Positions 56,184 through 64,000 of a stretch of 64,000 nucleotides of DNA are shown one piece after another. The position numbers and the translations under genes are program-made. Within the stretch, counting starts at the first letter, position 1, and every line of letters begins with the position of its first letter. The stretch is from an uncultured Gemmatimonadales bacterium (lineage in GTDB: Bacteria > Gemmatimonadota > Gemmatimonadetes > Gemmatimonadales > GWC2-71-9): the NCBI GenBank assembly GCA_963771275.1, contig CAVYSW010000010.1:67244-131243 (forward strand). Direction: 5' to 3'. Under the pieces are notes generated by a model. The model was not told where the DNA came from. It saw nothing but the letters and a program-made list of their open reading frames with translations, and ran no database searches.

Positions 56184-57083
56184 ATGAGCGTTCTGGGTGA
56201 GGCCGGTCGGACCCGGTTGAGCATCCCGGCGGTGCGGCCGGATCGGCCCGTCGATCCGTTCCTCGCGGCCGTGCGCGAGGCCGCCGGCGCGGATTATACC
56301 GTCTACGGGGAGATCGGCCGGGCTGGGGACGGCAGCATCGGGTACCTGGCGCGCGACACGCGGCGCGACGGTCTGGTCGCGCTCAAGCTGGCCTGCCGCC
56401 CGGGCGCGCCGGAGGAGTTCGAGCTCGAGGTCGTGCAGGAGCTGCGGGACGATCTCCCGGCGTTCGACAAGTTCTGCGCGAAGTGCGGCGGCGCCCTGCG
56501 CGCGTGGGGCCGGTTCTGCCCGCATTGCGGCGCGGAGGTCTTCGGGGACGTCGGGCCGTGGTCCCCGGAGGAGATGCGCCAGGCGGTGCTGGACTTCGCC
56601 GGCGACCGCTACGACATCCTCGGCGAGATGCGCAGTCAGGGCGGCCGGATCTACTTCGCGCTCGAGAAGGCGTCGGGCCGGATCGAGGCCTTGCGGCTGG
56701 AGAAGAAGGGTGCGGAGGAGTTCGCGCTCGGACTCACCGGCGTGCTGAAGCCGATCGTCCAGGGCGCTGCGCCGCCCCCCCCGCCCCCGCCCCCGCCCCC
56801 CCGGCCGCGCGCGGCGCCGCCCCCGGCGCCCCCCGGGATCTCCGCGGCACGCGTCGAGCCGGCGCGCCCCGGGTTGACGGCGCCCCCGCTCGCTGCCCGG
56901 CCGCGCCCTGCGGTGCCGCCGGCGCCGCCACGCCCGCCCGCTCGGGCTGCACGCCCGTGGGATGAGTGGATTGCACGCGCGCGCCCGCTGTGGGACGACC
57001 TGCTGCAGAGCCCCGCAGCCATCGTGGCCCTCGTCGTCATCGGCATTCTGGTGTTGGTGCTGGTGCTCGCGCTGGTCACCTGA
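56184..57083 (+). CDS. tail-anchored protein with kinase-N-lobe-like segments, a zinc ribbon and a long Pro-rich linker
   Basis: It starts at ATG 56184 (the ORF track starts at GTG 56163). It contains YTVYGEIGRAGDGSIGYLARDTRRDGLVALKL, the zinc ribbon CAKCGGALRAWGRFCPHCG, PPPPPPPPPPRPRAAPPPAPP, and the C-terminal TM helix IVALVVIGILVLVLVLALV. Confidence 0.55.
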   Translation: MSVLGEAGRTRLSIPAVRPDRPVDPFLAAVREAAGADYTVYGEIGRAGDGSIGYLARDTRRDGLVALKLACRPGAPEEFELEVVQELRDDLPAFDKFCAKCGGALRAWGRFCPHCGAEVFGDVGPWSPEEMRQAVLDFAGDRYDILGEMRSQGGRIYFALEKASGRIEALRLEKKGAEEFALGLTGVLKPIVQGAAPPPPPPPPPPRPRAAPPPAPPGISAARVEPARPGLTAPPLAARPRPAVPPAPPRPPARAARPWDEWIARARPLWDDLLQSPAAIVALVVIGILVLVLVLALVT

Positions 57084-57141
57084 GCGGCCCCGGTCGCGCG
57101 GCGGCGGCACGGCCCGCCGCGCACCCGAGGCCGCCGGTCTG

Positions 57142-57615
57142 CTACTGACAGGTGTCGCGCGTCCGGGCGACCTGGAACTGCACCCGACTGCCGGTCTTGG
57201 GAACCCGCACGATCTCCAGCGGGAAGACGTCGATGTCCAGTTGGTTGCAGGCCGTCGTGATCGTCACGAAGGCGCGGAAGATGTCCTTCTGTGTCCCGAC
57301 GCTATCCACGTGGATCCGGTCGCCGGCCTTCATGCGCCCGGCCGCCGCGATCAGCAGCATCTCCTTGTCGAAGTCGACGTTCGGGAGCGACGGCGGATTG
57401 GGATTGGTCGAGGTCACGCGCTCCCACTGGCGCTGCCAGTCGAGCGCGTCGGTGACTGCGACGTAGGACGAGTCCTGCAAGCCACCGGCGTCGTCCTGGT
57501 AGACGATCGCCTCGGGCGCCACCGGCCGGAACGGCGTGGACACCACGATGGCGCGGGAGCACGCGCTCCCGGTGAGGCCGGCGGCAGTCAGCAGTAGCGG
57601 AATCCAGGGTTTCAT
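57142..57615 (-). CDS. lipoprotein with PrcB_C-like domain, last gene of the tssKLM operon
   Basis: 157 aa with a lipobox-like MKPWIPLLLTAAGLTGSAC. YVAVTDALDWQRQWERV…LPNVDFDKEMLLIAAAGRMKAGDRIHVDSV…FPLEIVRVPK follows the PrcB C-terminal domain pattern. It lies 40 nt after the tssM stop. Confidence 0.6.
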   Translation of the reverse strand: MKPWIPLLLTAAGLTGSACSRAIVVSTPFRPVAPEAIVYQDDAGGLQDSSYVAVTDALDWQRQWERVTSTNPNPPSLPNVDFDKEMLLIAAAGRMKAGDRIHVDSVGTQKDIFRAFVTITTACNQLDIDVFPLEIVRVPKTGSRVQFQVARTRDTCQ

Positions 57616-57655
57616 CGGTCAGCGCCCTCGTGGCGTCGGCGTCCCGTGGTGCCGG

Positions 57656-60600
57656 TTACGGTCGGCACACGAGCCGCGAGAAGTAGCCCGGTTGTAGGAG
57701 GGGTTCTCCCACCGGGGTGATGCTGCCTTCCACGGCATATGTCGTTCCCTCCCGCTGGATGTTCCACACGACCCGGAACTCGCCGCGGGAGCGCGCCTCC
57801 CAGCGCGCCTGCCCGAACAGCCGGAAGACGCCCCACTGCTCGGGATAGCTGAGAATCTCGAGGTCCCGGCCTCCCACAGTGACGGACAGCGACGCGCCGC
57901 GCGCCTGCTCGGCGACCCACTGGAACACTTCGCTCTGGGTGGCGTTGCTCTGCGTGCGGCTCATCGGGTGCCCATCGATCACGAGCTTGACGCCCCGCGT
58001 GCCGGGCGGCGGGGACAACCGCACCGAGAAGCCGAGCCGGGGTCCCTGACCCTGGGCGTCGAACCACGTGTTCGCCACGCGCATGGCGCGGTTGTAGAAA
58101 TCCACGAACGCGCGCGAGATCGCGGGGTTCGGGGCGTTCAGCACGTACTCGTTCGCGCGCCGCACGAGCGCGCCGCCGAGCGCCTCGGCGTTGAGCCGCG
58201 CCAGCTCCCCGTCCTGCGGGTGGAAGATCCGGGCCACGTCGCGCAGCTGGGCCGCCGATCCCGCGGCGCTGAACGGGAACCGCGTCATCACCTGGTTGTA
58301 GTCGGTGCAGACTGCGCGGATCTGCCCGGCGATCTGCTGCCCCGGCAGCCGCTGCAGCAGCGCCTCCACCCGGGCGAGCGGATCGTCGAGCAGGCGCCGC
58401 ATGCTGCCGCCCACGTCCGCCGCCTCGTCCGCGCTGCTGAAGGTCCGCACGAGATCCTGCGCGGCGCCGCGCGCGGCATTTGCCTGGCCGAGGGCCGCCG
58501 TGCGCTCAGGATCCCCACCGGCCGAAACCTGCTGCAGCGCCCGCGCGAGCGCGTCCAGCGCCGTGACGTAGCTGCGATTCGCCTCCACGATGAGCTGGTC
58601 GCCCGCGGCCGGCATCACGGCGTGCACCGGCTGGAACACGCGTCCCAGCACGACGGAGTCCACGCCGGTGTTGGCCGAGACCACGGCAAGCAGCTGCAGC
58701 AGCGGCGACCGCGGCGCGGCGAGCGCCGTGATGCCGGTGGCGGCGCCACCCACCCCGCCGGGGAGCGTCACCTGGGCCGCTCGCAGGAAGTTGCGCCACT
58801 GCGTCACGTAGTCCGCCTCGTAGCGCGCGCGCAGCGTGCGTGTGAGGTCGCCGGCGTTGCCCCCCGCCGCCGCCTGGCAGCTCAGCGCCTGATAGATCCA
58901 GTCCTCGCCCGGCGCACTGAGCTCCCCCTTCGCGAACGCGTCGTGGACCAGCCGCCAGCCGTCGGCGCTGAACGCCGGCGGCACCTCAGCCGTCACGCGG
59001 ACCAGCGCGTCCGTGAACCGGATCGGCGGCCGGCCTCCGGCCGCTCGGCTGAGCAGCGACTGGTAGACCCGGTCGACGTCGCTGAACCCGGTCAGCATGG
59101 TGCACGCGCGCGTCGCGAGCATCGCGTCCGGCGCGACCGCGCAGGTCGTGCCGCCGCCGCACAGCTCGCCGCCGTAGAACCGCAGCTGGCGAACGGCGAT
59201 CGTCCGATCCTCGCCCTCGAGTCGCACGCCCACCGGCGAGCGTCGCAGCAGCGCCTCGCCGGCGTCCGGCGTGAGGTGGTCGGGCTGAGACGTCACCATC
59301 AGGTAGGCGGCCACGCGCCCGTTGGCGCTGTCCAGCGAGACGCCCTCGACGTTCGCGGTGAGCGCCGTGAGCTCCCGCCGCACCGAGTCGCGGATGCCGT
59401 TGAGGAGGAACGACTGCAACGCGTTCCAGTAGACGGACCGGGCCGGGGCGGCCATCGCGGCGCCGCGGTAGAGACCCCACCGCAGACGCCAGGGCGGCCC
59501 GTGCTCCGCGTAGCCGTGCAGCGTCTCGAGCTGGGTCCGCAGCGCGTCGAGAGCGCGCAGCGCGAGCGGCAGCGGCTCCGAGGCCGCCATCCCGTGCACG
59601 GCTTGCGCGGCGCGCACCACGCGCGAGGAGAGCAGGCGGTTGCCGATGAACGAGACGGTGAAGCCGAGCGCGAACACCAGCCCGAGCGCCGCGACGGAGG
59701 CGAAGGCGACGCGCCGCAGCTGGCGCAGCCCGTGACCGGACTGGGTGAGGCCGAGCGCGACGCGATCCCGCTGGATGACCTCGTGGAACAACCCGTTGAG
59801 GAACAGCCACTGCGGCACACGTCGTCCCGGTCCCCGCGGGGGCTCGGCCTGCCGGGCCAGCGCGGCGCGCTCTTCCGCGGTGAGCACCTGCGTGGCCCGC
59901 ACGGCGCCGGCGTCCGCCGACGGCGCGGCCGCGGCGGGCGCCCCGTCCACGACGATCGCGCGCACCCCGGCGAGATAGAAGCCCCGCAGGAACGGGCTCA
60001 CCTCGAGCTGTCGTGGGCGGCACAGCTCGACGAGAAACTGGTCGGCCAGCGGCGCGAGCTTGCGCAGCTCGCGCGGAAACTCGTACGCGGTCGCCCGGTC
60101 CGCGCCGCCGGCGATGCGCGGCAGAAGGCGCAGCCGTTGCGCCGCGAGCGATCCGATCAGCTCCTCGAGCGCGGCGCTGACGCGCTGGTGTTCCCGATCG
60201 GCGTGGGCGCCCGCCGCGATCGGTGGAGCCAGCCGCAGCGTGGCGCCGACCGCCTGCCGGCCCTCCTCGCCGGCCAGTTGGCCGACGAACTCCGGGAAGC
60301 AGCGGATGCGATCCGCTTTGGTGAAGATCACGTAGACGGGGAGCCGGATGCCCAGCGTCCGGGAGACGGTGGAGAGCCGCTCGCGCAGCACGCGAGCCGC
60401 GTTCACGACGGGCTCCTGGTCGCCCTTGACCAGGTCCTCGCAGCTGAAGCACACCACGGCGGCCCGCGGCGGCTGCGGGCGACCGGCCAGCACGGCGGCG
60501 AGCCGCTTGGGCCGCAGCCGCTGCACCAGGTGGCCCCAGCGGCCGGGATCACCCACCAGCTTCCCGCCCGGCTCGACGATCAGCACGCCCCGGGCGTACC

Positions 60601-61033
60601 ACAGGTTGACGTTCGTCGTCGGGGCGACACTCTGGCCGCGCGCGGTTTCGCCGGCGAGCAGGTCGGGCTCGAGCCCGGAATGGAGAATCGTGGTGGTCTT
60701 GGCGCTCCCCTCGGCTCCGAGCACCAGAACCAGTGGGAGATCGCTCAGGGCCCGTACGCCCTGCAGGCGCGCCGCCGCCAGACGCTGTCCCGCATGGGTG
60801 AACGCCGTGTCGATTTCGTCCGCGGCGGCGCCGCTCGCGCTGCGCCGCGCCCGCTGGTGCAGGAACCACCCGATCAGGACGGCGACCGCGCCGCCCAACA
60901 GGAGCAGGCCCCCGCGGAACACCCACAGGTTCCAGCCCTTGAGCCCCAGCGCGCCGCCGAGCCACCACACGAGCAGGGCGAACACGCCGTACACGGAGAG
61001 CGTAGGTAGCGCGGACCTCACCGAGCGTTGCAT
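57656..61033 (-). CDS. tssM: type VI secretion system membrane subunit TssM (IcmF family)
   Basis: 1125 aa. N-terminal TM helices are followed by a P-loop-like region (LVLGAEGSAKTTTILHSG), the IcmF-related middle domain and the long periplasmic C-terminal domain. It is adjacent to tssL and tssK. Confidence 0.9.
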   Translation of the reverse strand: MQRSVRSALPTLSVYGVFALLVWWLGGALGLKGWNLWVFRGGLLLLGGAVAVLIGWFLHQRARRSASGAAADEIDTAFTHAGQRLAAARLQGVRALSDLPLVLVLGAEGSAKTTTILHSGLEPDLLAGETARGQSVAPTTNVNLWYARGVLIVEPGGKLVGDPGRWGHLVQRLRPKRLAAVLAGRPQPPRAAVVCFSCEDLVKGDQEPVVNAARVLRERLSTVSRTLGIRLPVYVIFTKADRIRCFPEFVGQLAGEEGRQAVGATLRLAPPIAAGAHADREHQRVSAALEELIGSLAAQRLRLLPRIAGGADRATAYEFPRELRKLAPLADQFLVELCRPRQLEVSPFLRGFYLAGVRAIVVDGAPAAAAPSADAGAVRATQVLTAEERAALARQAEPPRGPGRRVPQWLFLNGLFHEVIQRDRVALGLTQSGHGLRQLRRVAFASVAALGLVFALGFTVSFIGNRLLSSRVVRAAQAVHGMAASEPLPLALRALDALRTQLETLHGYAEHGPPWRLRWGLYRGAAMAAPARSVYWNALQSFLLNGIRDSVRRELTALTANVEGVSLDSANGRVAAYLMVTSQPDHLTPDAGEALLRRSPVGVRLEGEDRTIAVRQLRFYGGELCGGGTTCAVAPDAMLATRACTMLTGFSDVDRVYQSLLSRAAGGRPPIRFTDALVRVTAEVPPAFSADGWRLVHDAFAKGELSAPGEDWIYQALSCQAAAGGNAGDLTRTLRARYEADYVTQWRNFLRAAQVTLPGGVGGAATGITALAAPRSPLLQLLAVVSANTGVDSVVLGRVFQPVHAVMPAAGDQLIVEANRSYVTALDALARALQQVSAGGDPERTAALGQANAARGAAQDLVRTFSSADEAADVGGSMRRLLDDPLARVEALLQRLPGQQIAGQIRAVCTDYNQVMTRFPFSAAGSAAQLRDVARIFHPQDGELARLNAEALGGALVRRANEYVLNAPNPAISRAFVDFYNRAMRVANTWFDAQGQGPRLGFSVRLSPPPGTRGVKLVIDGHPMSRTQSNATQSEVFQWVAEQARGASLSVTVGGRDLEILSYPEQWGVFRLFGQARWEARSRGEFRVVWNIQREGTTYAVEGSITPVGEPLLQPGYFSRLVCRP

Positions 61034-61040
61034 GGTGGTC

Positions 61041-61736
61041 TCAGCTCCCCATGCCGGCCAGCCGGGAGATGCCGGAGCGCAGCGACAGGGCGTAGAGCGC
61101 GAACAGCAGCAGCGCGAGCCCGAACGCCGCCAGAGCCGACCACTTGAGCCGCGGGAGCCACCGGTCGGGCGTCACCTCGGGGCGCTCGCCTGGCGGCAGG
61201 CGCCACGCGGCGGCGAGGTCCGTCGTGGTCCCCCGAATGCGCTGGATCTTCTCGTCGGTCGCGGTCATCAGCGCCTGGATGTCTCCCCCGCCCCCGGCGC
61301 TGTACTGCCCGCGGAAGCCGAGGATCAGACACAGTTGATAGACCTCGAGCACGTCGGCGATGTCGTCGGAGTTCTCGCGCGCGAGCAGCCCGCGGAGATT
61401 CTCGAAGAACGTGCGGCCGCCCATGTGGTCGCCGAAGACCTCTTCCTGCAGCGGCATCCGCGGCCACTCCGCGAAGGCCGGCAGGCTGGAGGTGAGCACG
61501 GCTTCGTCGAGATACACGACGAACGCGTACACGGCCAGGCCGACCTCGGTCCCGCCGTACCCCAGCTGTCGTGCCTCGCGATCGGCCTGCGCGATCAGCT
61601 GCTTCGCGTGGTTGCGGAATGCCGTGGCATCGGCCGCCACGTCGCGCCCGGCGCGGAGCCGCGCGCCCGCCGTGAACGCTTCCTGCAACCGCAGGGCGAG
61701 CTGGCCGCGGCGGCCGGCTGGACGCGGGTCGCTCAT
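61041..61736 (-). CDS. tssL: type VI secretion system protein TssL (DotU family)
   Basis: 231 aa. It contains GLAVYAFVVYLDEAVL, FFENL and VLEVYQLCLILGFRGQY (the DotU signature), plus one C-terminal TM helix. Confidence 0.85.
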   Translation of the reverse strand: MSDPRPAGRRGQLALRLQEAFTAGARLRAGRDVAADATAFRNHAKQLIAQADREARQLGYGGTEVGLAVYAFVVYLDEAVLTSSLPAFAEWPRMPLQEEVFGDHMGGRTFFENLRGLLARENSDDIADVLEVYQLCLILGFRGQYSAGGGGDIQALMTATDEKIQRIRGTTTDLAAAWRLPPGERPEVTPDRWLPRLKWSALAAFGLALLLFALYALSLRSGISRLAGMGS

Positions 61737-61769
61737 CGCGGGGCGCGCCGCGCGGGCGGCGCCGATCGA

Positions 61770-63113
61770 TCAGAGAACGGCAAGGACGTTGAGCTCCTTC
61801 ACGCGGGTGGCGTCAGGGGTGTAGATCCCGATCTCGCTCGACTGCACAATGGCCTGCCAGCACGGTCCATCCAGCGTCACCGCGAAATAGTGATGCTGGC
61901 TGCGCACCGGTATCTCCGCCGGCGGCACGGGGAGGTGCGTGAGCCCCAGGGCCGGCAGGCCTTCCTTCACCAACCGCACGATGTGGCGGGCCGAGCAGAC
62001 TTTCAGCAGGCGCGGCAGCTGGACGGCCGCGTTGGGGTCGGGTGACTCGAGCGCCACCTCCAGCACCCAGCGCGCGGGGTGAAGGGCGCGGTTGTCCCCC
62101 ACCGTGCCCGTGAACAGAAACTCGCGGGAGCGCGTGAGCGGGACGGTCACGTACCGGCTGGGCGCCACGACCTCGAGGTTCGCGCGGATCCACCGGTCCA
62201 GCTCCGTGAAGCACTTCTCCAGGTGGTCGTGGTCGTACACGGGCAGGTCGCGCGGACTGGTATCGAGCGTGAACGTGCACAGCGCGCCCGCCAGGCGGGC
62301 GAGGTCGGTGTAGACCTGCTCGGGGCTGGAGCGGCGTGAGGTCAGATGGTGGCGCAGGGGCCCGAGGCTCGAGTGGATGGTATGCAGCATCCACAGCCGG
62401 GCAACCTGTTGCGCCGGATCCGCGGCGTCCGAGCCGCCTTCCCGCCGGGTGCCGGCCAGGGCGTCGCTCTGCGCCGTCAGGATGTCGGTCAGGCGGGCCA
62501 GCAGGTCGATGATCCGGCGGCTCGCGCCGATCTGGAGACATGGCGGGATGTACTCCAGATCGTACACGAAGTGCCCCGACCCGTCCCGCTTGACGCGGGC
62601 GATCGGCAGCTGGATCGCATCCGTGTCGCGCTCCGATTCGAGCACCAGCGCAAAGTTCTTCCGGCCGACGCGCACGACCTGGCGTCCGACCCCGGTCGTC
62701 TCGTCGCTGACCGCCTCGTCCTCCCCGACGTATCGCACCCCCTCGGACTCGCCGGCCTCCATCGCGCAGTTGCGGCTGCCGTCCCGGTAGGGGGGCACGA
62801 CCAGCATCACGACACGGCTTTGCTCGGTGGGCAGGAACAGCTCGCGGATGTCGCGCGAGGCGGGCACCGGATCGCTGTCCGGGAAATGAAACGCCAGGCC
62901 GTCCGGCATCACGCCCCGGGCGTGCACCAGCGCGACGACACCGTTGTGCAGGGCGTCCGCGTCCAGCTCACAGCCCAGCAGCCCGTACGGAGTCGGGAAC
63001 AGGTGCTGGAGGGCGAAGCCGATCGCGTTCTCGAAATACCGGTTCTGGGCCTGGAAGTGATGCTGGGCGAGATGCATCCCCTCGCTCCAGACCAGCCGCG
63101 ACAACGGTCTCAT
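61770..63113 (-). CDS. tssK: type VI secretion system baseplate subunit TssK
   Basis: 447 aa. The N-terminus LVWSEGMHLAQHHFQAQNRYFE is the canonical TssK shoulder-domain motif. Confidence 0.9.
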   Translation of the reverse strand: MRPLSRLVWSEGMHLAQHHFQAQNRYFENAIGFALQHLFPTPYGLLGCELDADALHNGVVALVHARGVMPDGLAFHFPDSDPVPASRDIRELFLPTEQSRVVMLVVPPYRDGSRNCAMEAGESEGVRYVGEDEAVSDETTGVGRQVVRVGRKNFALVLESERDTDAIQLPIARVKRDGSGHFVYDLEYIPPCLQIGASRRIIDLLARLTDILTAQSDALAGTRREGGSDAADPAQQVARLWMLHTIHSSLGPLRHHLTSRRSSPEQVYTDLARLAGALCTFTLDTSPRDLPVYDHDHLEKCFTELDRWIRANLEVVAPSRYVTVPLTRSREFLFTGTVGDNRALHPARWVLEVALESPDPNAAVQLPRLLKVCSARHIVRLVKEGLPALGLTHLPVPPAEIPVRSQHHYFAVTLDGPCWQAIVQSSEIGIYTPDATRVKELNVLAVL

Positions 63114-63337
63114 CGTGCTCTTTCAGGCTCCGGAGCGAGGGTGCGTCGTGCGCGGCGGCCGGGCGGGCCCGCCGCCGCCGAAGGGCGCCCGCAGACGGGG
63201 CCCGGTCTCGGGGCCGCATTTGCGTACGTCGCATGGCGTCCGCTATGATAACACGTGCTTCCGATATTATGCGGTCCCGCCCCGGCAGCAGCAACCGTCC
63301 CGGGGGAGTTGACGCGCACACAGGGAGTCCGACGGCG

Positions 63338-64000
63338 ATGACCGGCGCCGAGTTCCAGGCCCGCTACCAGCTCCTCGCGGAGATCGCGACCGGGGCGGTG
63401 CGAACGCTGATGGCCCGCGATGCACAGGGCGTGCTCGTCATGGCCCACTTTCTCGGGCCGGCGGTGGGCGAAGGCACGCAGCGCCTCATCGCCGCGGACC
63501 GGCTCCCGGCTCAGGCCCGCGGGGTCCTGCTCGAGCGGTGCGTCGTGGATGGCCACGTCGTGCTGATCACGCGGGTGCTCGATGGCTTCGTGGATTTCGG
63601 CTCCTGGCTGCGGGCCCAGGGGGGCACGGCCGCGCCCGTGGTCCAGCCACCGGCCGTGACCCAGCCGACCCCGGTCGCCCCGGCTCGCGAGATGCCACCG
63701 ACCCCGCCGGCGCCCGAGGTGGCTGCGCCGCCCGCCCCGCCGGCCCCGCCCGCGAGCGGCGAGTTCACGCAGATGTTCGGGCGCCCCGGGGGGGCGGCCG
63801 CCGCGCCACCGCAGGCGACGGCACCAGCGCCGGCGGCCGCCACCGTGCGGCTGCCGACGGTGGAGCGATCCGCCACGCCGCCGCCGGTGACGCCGTCTCC
63901 CCCGACCGTTCCCTCGGCACCCCAAGCCGGCGAGTTCTCGCAACTGTTCGGTGCACCGCAGATCCCTGTGCCGCCGCCCGTTGCGCCCCCCATCTCTCCG
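63338..64000 (+). CDS. hypothetical protein, N-terminal kinase-N-lobe-like domain + Pro-rich region with GEF[TS]Q[ML]FG repeats (runs off window end)
   Basis: ATG 63338 is preceded by AGGGAG, and the frame stays open to the window edge, so it is not in the ORF track. The sequence is MTGAEFQARYQLLAEIATGAVRTLMARDAQGVLVMAHFL…; GEFTQMFG and GEFSQLFG occur. It is divergent from tssK. Confidence 0.6.
   Translation, partial: MTGAEFQARYQLLAEIATGAVRTLMARDAQGVLVMAHFLGPAVGEGTQRLIAADRLPAQARGVLLERCVVDGHVVLITRVLDGFVDFGSWLRAQGGTAAPVVQPPAVTQPTPVAPAREMPPTPPAPEVAAPPAPPAPPASGEFTQMFGRPGGAAAAPPQATAPAPAAATVRLPTVERSATPPPVTPSPPTVPSAPQAGEFSQLFGAPQIPVPPPVAPPISP

Noticed and set aside
56760-56960. C-rich simple repeat (ccgccccc…) as a DNA-level repeat element
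   Set aside because: It is explained as coding sequence for the poly-Pro/Pro-Ala linker of the 56184..57083 protein.
57968-61009. 1013-aa plus-strand ORF antisense to tssM, plus several 400-600-aa ORFs in alternative frames of tssM and tssK
   Set aside because: They are Arg/Gly/Pro-rich shadow frames. TssM, TssL and TssK on the minus strand explain the region.

Overview
Very GC-rich bacterial chromosomal segment. The gene families present (DUF2723-type membrane protein, Minf_1886-like protein, Ser/Thr kinase with TPR tail, DUF2339) suggest a Gemmatimonadota/Acidobacteriota-like organism, but that is inference only. Most of the window is densely packed housekeeping operons, many joined by 4-nt ATGA/GTGA overlaps: glnS, valS, thrS, purH-purN-selA, thiolase-bioY-hbd-ldh-glyA, nnr-thiL-plsC-eno-ftsB, and two clear tRNAs. 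The points worth a second look are:
1. An archaeal-type gatE-gatD pair lies directly upstream of glnS.
2. A five-gene corrinoid methyltransferase operon looks like a disassembled MetH. An MttB-family methyltransferase takes the place of the methyl-THF module, and an APC permease follows.
3. Phased tandem heptanucleotide arrays fill at least five intergenic regions. At two of them the array supplies a gene's stop codon, and at two it abuts the Shine-Dalgarno sequence.
4. A class II (Leu-type) tRNA-like gene carries a Thr-like CCGGUAA anticodon loop.
5. A lower-GC islet 3' of tRNA-Met is bounded by a degenerate partial copy of that tRNA. It is followed by a PG-binding/papain-like putative effector, a lipoprotein and a frameshifted zincin-like toxin. 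A paralogous papain-like gene sits 3' of tRNA-Ser.
6. A stand-alone tssK-tssL-tssM operon ends in a PrcB_C-like lipoprotein and is flanked by unusual Pro-rich proteins.
At least six apparent +1 frameshifts were seen (gatD, DUF2723 gene, enolase x2, zincin toxin, plus the decayed vapC). Several sit at short homopolymer runs. Because essential genes are affected, sequencing or assembly indels must be excluded before any pseudogene call. Many long ORFs in the supplied track are GC-driven shadow ORFs and were not called.
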